Shown here: positions 30,181 through 41,130 of the stretch, piece by piece
Layout of the letters: each line of letters starts with the position of its first letter
How positions within the stretch are numbered: the first letter of the stretch is position 1
Origin: an uncultured Litorivicinus sp.
GTDB taxonomy: Bacteria > Pseudomonadota > Gammaproteobacteria > Pseudomonadales > Litorivicinaceae
Length of the DNA stretch: 64,000 nucleotides
Reading direction: 5' to 3'
NCBI GenBank assembly: GCA_902536515.1
Contig: CACAXU010000001.1
Coordinates: forward strand, 2,223-66,222
Translations under genes and position numbers: made by a program
The notes under the pieces: generated by a model
Told to the model about the DNA's origin: nothing
Database searches by the model: none
The model's input: the letters and a program-made list of their open reading frames with translations, nothing else

Positions 30181-32066
30181 GCATCTTATCGATAAAAAAT
30201 GTTCAAGTGAGCTTTGGTGGGCCGGCGATTCTCGAGAACATCAGCCTCAAAATCCAACCCAAAGAGCGGATCGGATTACTAGGTCGGAATGGTGCGGGCA
30301 AATCTACATTGATGAAGCTGATCGCGGGAGAAATCCTTGCAGATTCCGGTGAGATCAACAAAAGCTCGAGCCTGAGAGTTGCTCGACTTGTACAAGATGT
30401 GCCGACCGGTACGGTGGGTACGATCTTTCAGGTCGTTGCGTCAGGCCTTGGCGATCTAACACCACTACTTGAAAGCTATCACGAGATGCTGAAATCGATC
30501 TCTGAAGACTCCTCAGATAAAAACATGCAGGCGCTTGAGTCTTGTCAGCACGCACTCGAAGCTGCGAATGGTTGGCGAGTCGAACAGATGGTCGAACAAA
30601 CTCTCTCGAAATTTGGTTTGGATCCTGATGCGCAATTCAACGCACTCTCCGGCGGTATGAAACGACGCGTATTGCTAGCTCGGGCTCTTGTCGTTGAGCC
30701 AGATGTATTACTTCTTGACGAGCCAACCAACCATCTCGACATTCCGGCGATTGAATGGTTAGAGGACCAAATCCGATTGTTTCAGGGTGCCGTTCTCTTC
30801 ATCACCCACGACCGGCGGTTTCTCGATGTGCTCGCAACGCGGATTGTAGAACTCGATCGCGGGACCCTCAGAAGCTATGAATGCAACTATCAAACCTATC
30901 TGGAGAGGCGTGACCAGGAGCTTTCGGCGGAAGCGGATCAATTTCAAGCTTTTGATAAAAAACTCGCAAAGGAAGAGGAATGGATTCGCCAAGGGATCAA
31001 AGCCAGGCGGACTCGCAACGAAGGCCGTGTACGCGCACTAAAACAACTCAGACGCGAACGTGCAGCGCGTCGAGACCGCCAACAGACAGCAGATCTATCC
31101 CTCATTGACGCGGCAAAATCAGGGCGCCTGGTCATCGAGGCAGAGGGGTTGGGTCTGACTTTAGGTGATAACAAGCTGTTTGAGGACTTTGCAACAAAGG
31201 TCCTGCGCGGTGATCGAATAGGAGTCATTGGGCCCAACGGAGTAGGAAAAAGTACACTGATCAAAACGCTGCTTGGTCAGATTGAACCGACAGAGGGCAC
31301 ATCCAAGCTTGGAACAAATCTCGAAATCGCGTTTTTCGACCAATTGAGAGAAACACTCGATGATGATGCTTCGGTGATCGACAACCTCCAACACGGTTCC
31401 GACTTTGTCGAAATCGGTGATGGCAAAAAGCATGTCATTGGATATCTGCAAGATTTTCTATTTTCACGAGATCGTGCGCGTGGACCAACCCGAATGCTGT
31501 CAGGCGGAGAACGCAATCGACTCTTACTTGCGCGTCTCTTTTTGAAACCCGCCAACCTGTTGATCATGGACGAACCAACGAACGATCTCGATCTTGAAAC
31601 GCTCGATATTCTCCGTGATACGTTACTGAACTATCAAGGAACGTTGATTGTTATCAGCCACGATCGAGACTTCCTCGATTCAGTTGTTACCGGCATTTGG
31701 TCCTTCGATACCGATCACACACTTCGGGAGTATGTCGGCGGATACAGTGATTGGCTTCGACAACGGCCTAGGGATCAGACAATGGAAACAAAACCAACTG
31801 AGCAGAAAAGTGCTTCCGTTACGCCGAAGCCGACAAGCAAAAAGAAACTCGCATTTCATGAAAAACGCGAATATGAGGCGTTGAGTGATGAAATCGAGCA
31901 GATGGAAGCACAAATTAAAGCGCTCGAAGAGACTATGACTGACCCTAAATTTTTTCAATCAAATCCGGATTATGCCGCGGCGGAAAGTGCCCGTTACCAG
32001 ACCTTGCAAAATGATCTTGAGCTTAAGTTTTTTCGTTACATGGAGCTCGACGAACGCTCGAATTGA
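30177..32066 (+). CDS. uup: ABC-F family ATPase Uup
   Basis: Two ABC domains ([18 protein letters not shown]), [23 protein letters not shown] linker, C-terminal coiled coil; GTG 30177 overlaps trmL stop. Confidence 0.93.
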   Translation: MSILSIKNVQVSFGGPAILENISLKIQPKERIGLLGRNGAGKSTLMKLIAGEILADSGEINKSSSLRVARLVQDVPTGTVGTIFQVVASGLGDLTPLLESYHEMLKSISEDSSDKNMQALESCQHALEAANGWRVEQMVEQTLSKFGLDPDAQFNALSGGMKRRVLLARALVVEPDVLLLDEPTNHLDIPAIEWLEDQIRLFQGAVLFITHDRRFLDVLATRIVELDRGTLRSYECNYQTYLERRDQELSAEADQFQAFDKKLAKEEEWIRQGIKARRTRNEGRVRALKQLRRERAARRDRQQTADLSLIDAAKSGRLVIEAEGLGLTLGDNKLFEDFATKVLRGDRIGVIGPNGVGKSTLIKTLLGQIEPTEGTSKLGTNLEIAFFDQLRETLDDDASVIDNLQHGSDFVEIGDGKKHVIGYLQDFLFSRDRARGPTRMLSGGERNRLLLARLFLKPANLLIMDEPTNDLDLETLDILRDTLLNYQGTLIVISHDRDFLDSVVTGIWSFDTDHTLREYVGGYSDWLRQRPRDQTMETKPTEQKSASVTPKPTSKKKLAFHEKREYEALSDEIEQMEAQIKALEETMTDPKFFQSNPDYAAAESARYQTLQNDLELKFFRYMELDERSN

Positions 32067-32151
32067 TCCAAATCAAAACCGTGTCAATGGCTCAGGCCAT
32101 CAGCGCTGTTTAGGTCTAACCTTGTGTTTTCGAGATGTGGAGTGGGAACCA

Positions 32152-32307
32152 ATGTTTGGAATCGATAGAGAAACAACAAATACTATGGCCGGCCCTCTAG
32201 ACATAATCGTGATGGTTGGTGTGATGACCTGGGCTTTAGTCAAAGTGATTCAGTTAATTAATCACTTTGGCGCAGACGAGCCAAAGCATCCCAGAATCAC
32301 CCCTTGA
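32152..32307 (+). CDS. Small single-TM hypothetical protein (40-51 aa)
   Basis: ATG 32152 (GGAG RBS) or 32185; hydrophobic IIVMVGVMTWALVKVI. Confidence 0.45.
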   Translation: MFGIDRETTNTMAGPLDIIVMVGVMTWALVKVIQLINHFGADEPKHPRITP

Positions 32308-32345
32308 TACTGTTCAGTCAGTTAAAGGCTTGTTAGGCTCTCAAC

Positions 32346-32693
32346 ATGAAAAAACTTGTTATTATAGTCAGTTGTTTCTGTATAGGCATGAGTGCAAGCG
32401 TTGCTCGTGACCTCACGCGATCAGATACCAACCAAGAATTTTGCAAAGATATCGTTAACAACCTGGCTGAGGTTGGCGTCCGTGTATCTCGCAAGTCAAT
32501 GACAAAATGCCGACTACAGGTCCACGGTAGCGCCTCAGCAACATTTCAGCTCTCTTATGGTTCACCTGTGAATGGAATTGTTAAAAGCAGTCCATATCGC
32601 ATGTTTGTGACTCGAGGTGATAATGAAATTGGAACTTGCTACTTACCGCATCCGTGTAAAAAACGCCGAAAGGTGGAAGATAGAGGTTGCTAG
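32346..32693 (+). CDS. Exported Cys-containing hypothetical protein
   Basis: MKK-hydrophobic-ASVA signal peptide; five Cys in mature part. Confidence 0.7.
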   Translation: MKKLVIIVSCFCIGMSASVARDLTRSDTNQEFCKDIVNNLAEVGVRVSRKSMTKCRLQVHGSASATFQLSYGSPVNGIVKSSPYRMFVTRGDNEIGTCYLPHPCKKRRKVEDRGC

Positions 32694-32695
32694 CG

Positions 32696-33040
32696 ATGCA
32701 CACGCCCCGTCTCAAGCTCAAACTAGTGCTAGGTGATAATGACACACTTCTCGGCTCAGGGAAGATAGCTCTCCTCAAAGCGATTCAAAAAGAGCACTCG
32801 CTCTCCAAGGCAGCAAAGTCAATCAACATGTCCTATCGACGCGCATGGCTTCTAATCCAAGAATTGAATGACTCGCTCAGGGAGCCGGTATTAGTCACTC
32901 ACACCGGTGGACAGTCCGGTGGTGGAAGCGAGTTAACCGAGATGGCGAATCAAATTATTGCGGTTTATGAACGTCTCAACCAAGAAGCAGAGGAAGCAAC
33001 CGAGGCGACCCGTGAATCAGTCGCCTCGTTGCTAAGATGA
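32696..33040 (+). CDS. modE: ModE-family winged-helix regulator (N-terminal domain only)
   Basis: LGSGKIALL.AI...SLSKAAK.INMSYRRAW, TGGQSGGGSELT; no TOBE/molybdate-binding domain. Confidence 0.85.
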   Translation: MHTPRLKLKLVLGDNDTLLGSGKIALLKAIQKEHSLSKAAKSINMSYRRAWLLIQELNDSLREPVLVTHTGGQSGGGSELTEMANQIIAVYERLNQEAEEATEATRESVASLLR

Positions 33041-33538
33041 TTACAACGCCGCTAATGCCGCTTCATAATCTGGCTCGGTGGATACCTCTTCTACCAGCTC
33101 AACATGTTTCACGATCCCAGTAGGATCGATTACGACCACCGCCCTGGCAGTCAGGCCGCGTCTGATGCCCGTCAAAACCGTTACTCCATAATCGTCAGAA
33201 AACGTTGACCTGAAGGTAGAAGCCGTCTTTACCCTACTTAGGCCCTCTGAGCCACAAAATCGTTTTTGGGCGTATGGCAAATCCGCGCTGACACACAAGA
33301 CTGCCGTATTATTTAACGATGCTAACTCTTCATTAAATCTGCGAGTACTAGTGGCACATGTCGGAGTATCGATGGAGGGAAAAATATTTAGAACAAGATT
33401 TTGCCCCAAAAATTCAGCCAGTTGAATTTCACTCAGATCATTTGCAGTTAAAGAAAACCTAGGTGCTGTTTGACCCACAACCGGCAGATTTCCCTTGACA
33501 TCGACGACCTCGCCCCGCCACTCGATTTTAACTGTCAT
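33041..33538 (-). CDS. tpx: Thiol peroxidase
   Basis: FPSIDTPTCATS, SADLPYAQKRFCG, ARAVVV, EPDYEAAL. Confidence 0.95.
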   Translation of the reverse strand: MTVKIEWRGEVVDVKGNLPVVGQTAPRFSLTANDLSEIQLAEFLGQNLVLNIFPSIDTPTCATSTRRFNEELASLNNTAVLCVSADLPYAQKRFCGSEGLSRVKTASTFRSTFSDDYGVTVLTGIRRGLTARAVVVIDPTGIVKHVELVEEVSTEPDYEAALAAL

Positions 33539-33587
33539 GTGAACTTCTCCTGCTAAAACTCTTCAAGTGGCGGTTTTTGGCTGTTTT

Positions 33588-34655
33588 TCAATTCCGAGCT
33601 GCTGAGAATTGTATTAAGTATCTTTCATATCCACGCGCTCGCAGCTGTGATACCGGGATAAATTCCAAGGCTGCAGAGTTGATGCAGTAGCGTAACCCAG
33701 TTGGTTCTGGGCCATCTGGGAACACATGGCCGAGATGTGAGTTGCCAAATTTAGATCGCACCTCGACACGCTTCATCCACAACTTTGTGTCATCTTTTTC
33801 GACGATATGTTGCGCCTCGAGCGGCTGCCAAAATGAAGGCCACCCAGTTCCCGAATCGTATTTATGCAACGAACTGAACAACGGTTCACCGCTAACTACA
33901 TCCACGTAAATACCGTCCGCTTTTTGATTCCAAAAGGCATTTTGGAATGGAGGTTCCGTGCCATTTTCTTGTGTCACTTGATATTGTAGTGGGGTCAGTC
34001 GCGCACGAATTTCTTCGACGCTCGGCTTCCGATAGTTGCTTTTCTTTGGACCTGTCTCGCTAAACACTTGAAATGCCTCATTTTCTGACCACTCTCGATC
34101 TAAAAACTGATCCCGCCCTGAGCGGTATCGATAGAATTTATATTGAAATGTATTGGTTATGTAGTAATCCTGATGATAATCCTCAGCTCGGTAGAAATCT
34201 GGGGCGGGCAGGATCTCAGTGACGATTGGCGCATCGAAAATTTGTGAAGCGGCCAGGCGCTTTTTTGATTCCAAAGCGAGTGCTTTCTGCTCATCTGAGT
34301 GCGTAAAAATCACTGTTCGGTAGGGTGAACCACGGTCAACAAATTGTCCGCCGGCATCAGTGGGATCGATCTGCTTCCAAAAGGTATTCAGCAACGTTTG
34401 ATAATCGATGATTCGCGGATCATAAGTCACTTCGACCACTTCGATGTGGCCTGTTTCACCCGTGGTGACCTGCGCGTATGTTGGGTTAGGTATCGATCCG
34501 CCCGAGTACCCAGAGACAACAGAGCTCACCCCGTGGAGCGCCTCAAATGGCGGCTCCATACACCAAAAACAGCCGCCACCAAATGTCGCTTTTTCTGTTT
34601 CAGCTAGTAATGAAGAAGAGGCGAACCAGCATAACGCCATGAGTGCTTTTTTCAT
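33588..34655 (-). CDS. msrAB: Exported bifunctional methionine sulfoxide reductase MsrA-MsrB
   Basis: Signal peptide, [34 protein letters not shown]. Confidence 0.95.
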   Translation of the reverse strand: MKKALMALCWFASSSLLAETEKATFGGGCFWCMEPPFEALHGVSSVVSGYSGGSIPNPTYAQVTTGETGHIEVVEVTYDPRIIDYQTLLNTFWKQIDPTDAGGQFVDRGSPYRTVIFTHSDEQKALALESKKRLAASQIFDAPIVTEILPAPDFYRAEDYHQDYYITNTFQYKFYRYRSGRDQFLDREWSENEAFQVFSETGPKKSNYRKPSVEEIRARLTPLQYQVTQENGTEPPFQNAFWNQKADGIYVDVVSGEPLFSSLHKYDSGTGWPSFWQPLEAQHIVEKDDTKLWMKRVEVRSKFGNSHLGHVFPDGPEPTGLRYCINSAALEFIPVSQLRARGYERYLIQFSAARN

Positions 34656-34688
34656 CGAAACTCCGTTTAGCGGTTGTTCACTCCGGAA

Positions 34689-35588
34689 TTAAGACTTTAG
34701 TCTCAAACGACTGAGCTTTGCAACTATTCGTCCATCGATAATTGCTAGGCCAGAGGCGATCAACAAATAAGCAATGGTGTGTTGCACTGCTAGCTCCTCA
34801 CCGAGAAAAGCAATACCAAGTCCAGATGCACTTACCGGAACCAAAAAGGTAACTAGGACGACATTACTGGCGCCTGCGGTCTGCAAAACGCGGAAATAGA
34901 GAAAAAATGCGAGCGTTGTCGACAAGAGCCCAATTCCCAGCATTGCCAACCAGGGTTCTAACCCGGGCGTAGGGAGCTTCCACGGCTGATCAAGAAGCAT
35001 CACTGCGGGAAATATCCACAAAGTCCCGTAAAAAACCTGACCCGTCGCATTGAGCATCGGTGGATTGCTTTTCAACCGCTTGGAATAAACAGAACCAAAT
35101 GCATAGCAAATCGTTGCGGTTAAGCCTGCTGTCATTCCGAGCAATGATGCGCCTCCGGCAAAAGCAGCTGGCCCAAACAACACCAAAACGCCAGAAAATC
35201 CAAAGCAAATGCCAACAACTTTAGAGACCGATAGGCGCTCATCAAGGGTGAAGTGATGTGCGACTAAGGCCGTCATAATTGGAGTCGATGCGTTGATAAT
35301 CGATGCCAGAGATCCCGTGATCTCAGTTTGTCCGAAACTGATTAAGCTAAAGGGAATCGCGTTATTAATCAGTCCAATGAATGCAAATGATCGCCATTGT
35401 TCAAAAATTGGCTTCAACAAATACCCAAGAACCTTCAATAGATAAACCAAACCCACCAAGCCAACCAGCAAGCGGCCAAGGACACTTGTCATCGGGGGCA
35501 TCGCTTCAAGCATGACTTCCACAAAGAAAAACGATCCGCCCCAGACGAGCGAAAGGATCGCGATACGAATCCAGTCAGCGACTGCCAT
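34689..35588 (-). CDS. DMT/EamA family transporter
   Basis: LVWGGSF, ASIINASTP, VTFLVPVSA; about 10 TM. Confidence 0.9.
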   Translation of the reverse strand: MAVADWIRIAILSLVWGGSFFFVEVMLEAMPPMTSVLGRLLVGLVGLVYLLKVLGYLLKPIFEQWRSFAFIGLINNAIPFSLISFGQTEITGSLASIINASTPIMTALVAHHFTLDERLSVSKVVGICFGFSGVLVLFGPAAFAGGASLLGMTAGLTATICYAFGSVYSKRLKSNPPMLNATGQVFYGTLWIFPAVMLLDQPWKLPTPGLEPWLAMLGIGLLSTTLAFFLYFRVLQTAGASNVVLVTFLVPVSASGLGIAFLGEELAVQHTIAYLLIASGLAIIDGRIVAKLSRLRLKS

Positions 35589-35628
35589 AAGACCTCACAA
35601 CATTGAGCGGTTAGCGTACACTAGGCAC

Positions 35629-37683
35629 ATGCAAACCCTAACGACAGACAATGCCTGGCTCAGAGCCGACAACTGGCGGGAAGTTCTAGAAGACCCAGAG
35701 TCATTACCTCCTGAGATCCGAGACTTTCTCCAGTCGCAGAATCAAACAACGGAATCTTGGCTCGGCGGTCCTAATTCGCGTCAGTGGGTCATCGACGAAC
35801 TCAAAGCAACCATTCGTGATCGTGACGATTCAGTCCCAGTCGAAGATGGTAATTACAGCTACTGGCAACGGTTCATCGAAAGTGCGGAACATCCGGACTT
35901 TCTGCGCCAGGCGTATCAGAGTGATCCGGAGATTTTATTATGCGGTGATGAACGAGCTGCTAATCATCCTTACTACGATGTCGGTGCAGCGGATCACTCT
36001 CCGAATCATGAATTGTTCGCTGTCACGGAAGATCGGCAAGGTTCTGAGCGCTACACCCTCACAGTCTTTCAAGCCGGCTCTCATAATCCGATCGAACCCC
36101 CTCTCACGGACTGTCGCGGTGATTTCGAATGGAGTACTGACAGTCGTAAGTTGCTGTACACACGACTTGATGAAAACCAGCGCCCGAGAACTGTCTGGTG
36201 CCATACGCTCGGAACTCAGCAAACAGATGACCACCTGGTCTATCGATTAGAGCATTCAGGTCGCTTTATCGGATTAAGTAAAACAAGCTCGGACGCCTGG
36301 ATCACTATCGACATTCACAATCATCAAACCAACCAGAGTTTTTTGTTACCAGCAGACCTCGACAACCTCTGTCCGATAGCTGTCACGGATTGGATCGAGG
36401 GACTTGAATACGAACTTGAACACGCTGATCCCTACCTAATTATTCGTGGTAATCATGGGCACGAGGATTTTGCACTATACCGCGCACCGCTACCAACAAA
36501 GGAAACTCGGAGTAACCCGGAAGCTTGGGATACGCTTTGGGTCCCCAAAAAGGGCGCTTTATTTAGTGATTATGAAGTCCTCGAGAATCATTGGGTCATT
36601 GAATACTCGGAGGAGGGATGTGGTCGTTATCTAATAGCTGAGCCAAACCCAGCCACATTCGAAATCCGCCAAGAACTGGCGTTATCGACCTCGATTCACG
36701 ATACGCACCTAGATCCCCAACCAGGATATCACCGCGATACGATTCGAATGCGAATCTCAACGCCAGCAATGCCCCCTGAGGTGCGTGAAATAGATCTGAC
36801 GAATGGAAATTTCAAACAGCTCAAAGTATCTACTCCGCCCAATGGTCATGATGAAACGAACTACATCGTGCAGCGATCGTATGGTATTTCGGGCGACGGA
36901 CAGCACATTCCACTGACAATTGTCCATCATCGCGACGTCAGGCCACACCCTGAAAGCCCCGTACTACTGACAGGCTATGGCGCCTACGGGATGAGTCTGA
37001 CGCCGGGCTTTAGTGCGAGCAGACGCACTCTGCTGACACGGGGAGTTATCCTCGTCACAGCGCATGTTCGTGGTGGTATGGAAAATGGATATCAGTGGTA
37101 TCGTACAGGTCGGATGGCAGACAAAGATCAATCCTTCAACGATTTCATCGGCGCCGCCGAAACATTGATTCGGGATGGCTGGACTTCCGCTGGAAACATT
37201 ATACTGCACGGCGGTAGTGCTGGTGGTTTATTGGTAGGTACGACAGTCATGCGCCGACCTGAGCTGTTTAAAGGTGTGATCGCGGACGTCCCTTTCGTCG
37301 ATGTACTCGAAACAATGCTCGACGCCGACTTGCCACTCACGCCACCAGAATGGCCAGAGTGGGGCAACCCGATTGAATCAATGGATGCCAAACGCAGACT
37401 GGGCCACTTCTCGCCAACACAAATGGTCGAAAAACGGCCCTATCCTTGTATTCTTGCAACGGCTGGCCTCACGGATCCACGAGTAACGTATTGGGAGCCT
37501 GCACGATGGATTCATCGTCTTCAGGCCATTGCCGAGAGTGGTCCATTTCTCTTATATACCGAGCTCAATGCTGGGCACGGAGGACCAAGCGGACGCTACG
37601 CCGGCCTTGATGATATTGCCCGAATCTATAAGGCGGTGATCCAGTTATTTGATTTACCGAAGGAAGCACCGTATGCCATTTAA
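35629..37683 (+). CDS. ptrB: Oligopeptidase B (S9A)
   Basis: GYGAYG, HVRGG, GGSAGG, DPRV.YWEPA, AGHGG triad; start at ATG 35629. Confidence 0.92.
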   Translation: MQTLTTDNAWLRADNWREVLEDPESLPPEIRDFLQSQNQTTESWLGGPNSRQWVIDELKATIRDRDDSVPVEDGNYSYWQRFIESAEHPDFLRQAYQSDPEILLCGDERAANHPYYDVGAADHSPNHELFAVTEDRQGSERYTLTVFQAGSHNPIEPPLTDCRGDFEWSTDSRKLLYTRLDENQRPRTVWCHTLGTQQTDDHLVYRLEHSGRFIGLSKTSSDAWITIDIHNHQTNQSFLLPADLDNLCPIAVTDWIEGLEYELEHADPYLIIRGNHGHEDFALYRAPLPTKETRSNPEAWDTLWVPKKGALFSDYEVLENHWVIEYSEEGCGRYLIAEPNPATFEIRQELALSTSIHDTHLDPQPGYHRDTIRMRISTPAMPPEVREIDLTNGNFKQLKVSTPPNGHDETNYIVQRSYGISGDGQHIPLTIVHHRDVRPHPESPVLLTGYGAYGMSLTPGFSASRRTLLTRGVILVTAHVRGGMENGYQWYRTGRMADKDQSFNDFIGAAETLIRDGWTSAGNIILHGGSAGGLLVGTTVMRRPELFKGVIADVPFVDVLETMLDADLPLTPPEWPEWGNPIESMDAKRRLGHFSPTQMVEKRPYPCILATAGLTDPRVTYWEPARWIHRLQAIAESGPFLLYTELNAGHGGPSGRYAGLDDIARIYKAVIQLFDLPKEAPYAI

Positions 37684-38353
37684 GATTGATTGGCAAACCA
37701 TCGACGACGTCCTACTTGACATGGACGGTACACTCCTCGATCTCCATTATGACGCAACATTTTGGTTGAAAACTGTGCACTCAATCGTTGCGAGTTTCAC
37801 TGGAGAATCTGAAAACGAGATCCGTGATCGGTTTCGGAAAGAACTGAAAAAGCATGAAGGGACGCTTGCGTGGTATTGCACAGACCGTTGGACTGAGTTC
37901 TTTGGTTTCGACCTTATCGAAGCGAAAAAACAAATTGCACATCTCATTCGTTACCGGCCACATGCGAAGCAATTTCTCGAAGCATTGCGACCTCTGCCGT
38001 TAAGAACCATTATCGCCACTAACGCACACCCCGACGTGATTCAGCTGAAACTGGATGTTATACCCTTAAACACATTAGTCGATGGCATCGTTTCCAGTCA
38101 TCAGTACGGCGTCGCCAAAGAGCATCCAAATTTTTGGACTGCATTATTCGATGAGTATTCGATTGATCCAAATCGCGCGGTATTTATGGATGATTCTCCA
38201 AGAGTCTTGGACGCTGCAGATCGCGCGGGCGTCCGAGAAATTGTCGAAATTAGGCATCCCAATTTATCTGAACCACCTCGCACCACATGGAAACAAGGGA
38301 TCGATGACTTCGATACGCTGTTACCTGAGTTATTGGCTTTAGGGCAACAATGA
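37673..38353 (+). CDS. yrfG: HAD-family GMP/IMP nucleotidase
   Basis: LLDMDGTLLDL, WYC, TNAHP, KE, MDDS; yrfG-hslR-hslO synteny. Confidence 0.9.
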   Translation: MPFKIDWQTIDDVLLDMDGTLLDLHYDATFWLKTVHSIVASFTGESENEIRDRFRKELKKHEGTLAWYCTDRWTEFFGFDLIEAKKQIAHLIRYRPHAKQFLEALRPLPLRTIIATNAHPDVIQLKLDVIPLNTLVDGIVSSHQYGVAKEHPNFWTALFDEYSIDPNRAVFMDDSPRVLDAADRAGVREIVEIRHPNLSEPPRTTWKQGIDDFDTLLPELLALGQQ

Positions 38354-38736
38354 GCGGGGTGAGGCTAGATAAGTGGTTGTGGGCAGCTCGCTTTTTTAAA
38401 ACACGAGGACTTGCTCGCGATGCCATTGATGGCGGCAAGATCCGCATTGATGGTGTCAAGGCAAAACGATCCAAGGTACTTACACCAGGTCTCGAAATTG
38501 AAATTTCGAGAGGACAAACCGACATGATCGTGATCGTACGCGGTGTTCGTGAAGATCGTCGGCCTGCACCTGAAGCACAACTGCTTTACGAAGAGACTAC
38601 CGACTCGATTCAAAAGCGTGAGGCAGAACGGGATTTGAATCGGTTTTCTCGTGCAGGATTCCAGCCAGCAGATCATCGTCCAAATAAACGAGAACGCCGC
38701 CAGATGACCAAGGTAAAAGGAATTTTTAATGACTGA
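38350..38736 (+). CDS. hslR: Ribosome-associated heat shock protein Hsp15
   Basis: RLDKWLWAARFFKTR, LYEET, RPNKRERR. Confidence 0.95.
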   Translation: MSGVRLDKWLWAARFFKTRGLARDAIDGGKIRIDGVKAKRSKVLTPGLEIEISRGQTDMIVIVRGVREDRRPAPEAQLLYEETTDSIQKREAERDLNRFSRAGFQPADHRPNKRERRQMTKVKGIFND

Positions 38737-39619
38737 TCTAACAGCTGACCAAGATGCAGTCCGGAGTTATCTGTGCGATCTGGCACCGGAGGCGAGACTC
38801 ATCACCGTACACCTCGGCGAGACCAAAAATGCAATGCTTGATCATCAGAAAATGCCAATGGCTGCCAAAACATTGTGTGAAGAACTCGTTGCAGCAGCCT
38901 GTCTTCTATCCCATATGCTGAAATTTGATGGCGAAATGATTCTTCAGATTAAAGGTTCTGGGCCAATTACAATGATGGTTGCTGAATGCTCCTCCGCAGG
39001 CCGCATTCGATCGACAGCCCAGTGGACTAAAGTTGGAGCCGCAAGCACCTTTACGGATCTTGTTGGAACAGGCTATTTAGCAGTCACCGTGAACCCAATA
39101 CAGGGCGAGCGATACCAAGGAATCGTGCCCTTGGAATCAAGCTCGATATCGGGCTGTCTCAATCACTATTTTGAGGATTCTGAACAACTCAACACCAAGT
39201 TATGGCTCGCCAGTAATCAATCGACTGTTGGAGGGCTTTTGATCCAACGAATCCCAGAGGAAGGCGGGCAATCGCTTCAAGGGCACTTAAACTGGGAGAC
39301 ACTCTCGACACTCGCCAACACCATTACTGATCACGAGCTTGCTTCGGACGCAGGTCCACTTCTGATTTATAAGTTATTTCATGAACTGGATCCTCGGGGT
39401 TTTGATCCGTGTACCATTAAATTTGGTTGCTCGTGTTCCAGGGAACGATCTGCCCGCGCACTGAGAGCGCTTGGCGAAACAGAACTCGAACAACTGTTCG
39501 CTGAACAACCTACGCTCACACTCGATTGCCATTTTTGCGGACAGGTATACCAATATGATCAGGCTGACTTAGAATGGCTTCTCTCTGATCAGCCACCGAG
39601 GTCTGACACATTACAATGA
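38729..39619 (+). CDS. hslO: Redox-regulated chaperone Hsp33
   Basis: LKFDG, YQGIVPL, YF..SEQL, CSCS...CHFC zinc centre. Confidence 0.95.
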   Translation: MTDLTADQDAVRSYLCDLAPEARLITVHLGETKNAMLDHQKMPMAAKTLCEELVAAACLLSHMLKFDGEMILQIKGSGPITMMVAECSSAGRIRSTAQWTKVGAASTFTDLVGTGYLAVTVNPIQGERYQGIVPLESSSISGCLNHYFEDSEQLNTKLWLASNQSTVGGLLIQRIPEEGGQSLQGHLNWETLSTLANTITDHELASDAGPLLIYKLFHELDPRGFDPCTIKFGCSCSRERSARALRALGETELEQLFAEQPTLTLDCHFCGQVYQYDQADLEWLLSDQPPRSDTLQ

Positions 39620-41130
39620 AAACCGATGGGTCAAGTCGTTACGACGACCTCACCATAGCCGAACTGGTCGAACACGCACTTTCTCTCGGCGAGGGTCAAT
39701 TATCCGCCAAAGGCGCTTTAATTGTGTCCCCCGAACGTCATTCTGAAGTGCAACGTTTCATTGTAAATGAACCTTCCGTGAGCGATGTGATTCGGGCAGA
39801 TGCCCAGTTCAAACTACTCGACAGCAGAGTTTTCGAATCAATTTGGGACCGTGTCAAAGACGATATCGTTGAACGCGATCGCTATCGAATTCATGCTCAG
39901 ATGGGTGTCATTGCAGAGATCGCTGTTCCACTCGAAATTACAACTGTAACCGCATGGCACGCCATGAGCTGTCACCATTTGTGTCATATCCCCGGAGAAT
40001 TTAACCCGCGCGAAAAGCCGGAATGGAAATTGATCTGGGGACCCATCTCAAGTTTTGGTGACGCAAAAACTCTCTCGTGTGGGGGCGGCATCATCTTAAT
40101 CCACGTCGGAAAACGTCGGATTTTGATGGGAGGAGACCTCACAACCGGTGAAATGCGTCGAACCTTGCTCACACTCCTGGGATTGATCCTCCCTGAAAAA
40201 GACACACTACCCCTGCACGGCGCTGCTTCTCAAGGTGATGGAGAAATTAGTTTGTTCTTAGGTCCAGCTGGTACTCAAAAAACAACCTGGGCCCTTCGTT
40301 GTGGCCAACTGATTGGTGACCGTGGATTATCTTGGTCAAAAGCAGGATTGCATCGACTTGCCGATGGCTGCCGGCTGCACTTGGATCACAATCTCCCGAT
40401 TAGTCTTGATGATGCATTACGATTTGGCACCATCGCCGAAAACCTGGCACTTGGGAACGACCGCGAGCCGCTACTGACCGATTCGGAGGCTGACTCAGCA
40501 GTGCGCACACCCACACACTTAGTTGTTCCTTTAACGCGACTCAACGCCACGCAAGCATCTGATACGCGAGGTCCAAGCCAATTAGTCATTCTCGCAACAG
40601 ATCCCTTGGGAGCCCTGCCTCCGCTCTCCAAAATCACGCAAGAACAATGCCTCGCTTGGTTTATTTTAGGCTACGGTAATCACCTAGGCCCCCTAGAAGA
40701 ACGTCAGGCTGAGATTGATATCCGATTCACACCAGGATTTATGGATACGCTTTTGCCAAGGAATCTTGATGACTACGTCTTCATCTTAGAGGACTTATTA
40801 GAAGCACATGATACGCGATGCTTTCTGGTGAATGCTGGATGGCATGGTGGACAGGCGGGGCATGGTGGTCCATTGTCCGCATCAGAAGAGAGTGCGGTCA
40901 TCACAGGTATGTATTACTGCACTGATTGGGAGCCATTTGGAGCTCTCGGCCTATCAGTTCCGGCTGGTCAATCAGAAACTGCGGGTCCATGGCATCCGAA
41001 AGAGCGCTGGCCAGAGGCGAGCGACTACACTGTCAACGAGTCATATTTGATCCAAGCAATCACGGATGAACTACAGCGGACCAACGACCCACAGCGATGG
41101 CTAAAAGCCTTGGAAATTGAGTGCAACTAA
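39616..41130 (+). CDS. PEP carboxykinase (ATP)-like protein with degenerate active site
   Basis: LVEHAL..GEG.L...GAL, AWH, GEM, LH, P-loop-like GPAGTQKTT, LIGD, D.LGALPP.SK, LVNAGW.GG; at the usual pckA position after hslO. Confidence 0.85.
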   Translation: MKTDGSSRYDDLTIAELVEHALSLGEGQLSAKGALIVSPERHSEVQRFIVNEPSVSDVIRADAQFKLLDSRVFESIWDRVKDDIVERDRYRIHAQMGVIAEIAVPLEITTVTAWHAMSCHHLCHIPGEFNPREKPEWKLIWGPISSFGDAKTLSCGGGIILIHVGKRRILMGGDLTTGEMRRTLLTLLGLILPEKDTLPLHGAASQGDGEISLFLGPAGTQKTTWALRCGQLIGDRGLSWSKAGLHRLADGCRLHLDHNLPISLDDALRFGTIAENLALGNDREPLLTDSEADSAVRTPTHLVVPLTRLNATQASDTRGPSQLVILATDPLGALPPLSKITQEQCLAWFILGYGNHLGPLEERQAEIDIRFTPGFMDTLLPRNLDDYVFILEDLLEAHDTRCFLVNAGWHGGQAGHGGPLSASEESAVITGMYYCTDWEPFGALGLSVPAGQSETAGPWHPKERWPEASDYTVNESYLIQAITDELQRTNDPQRWLKALEIECN

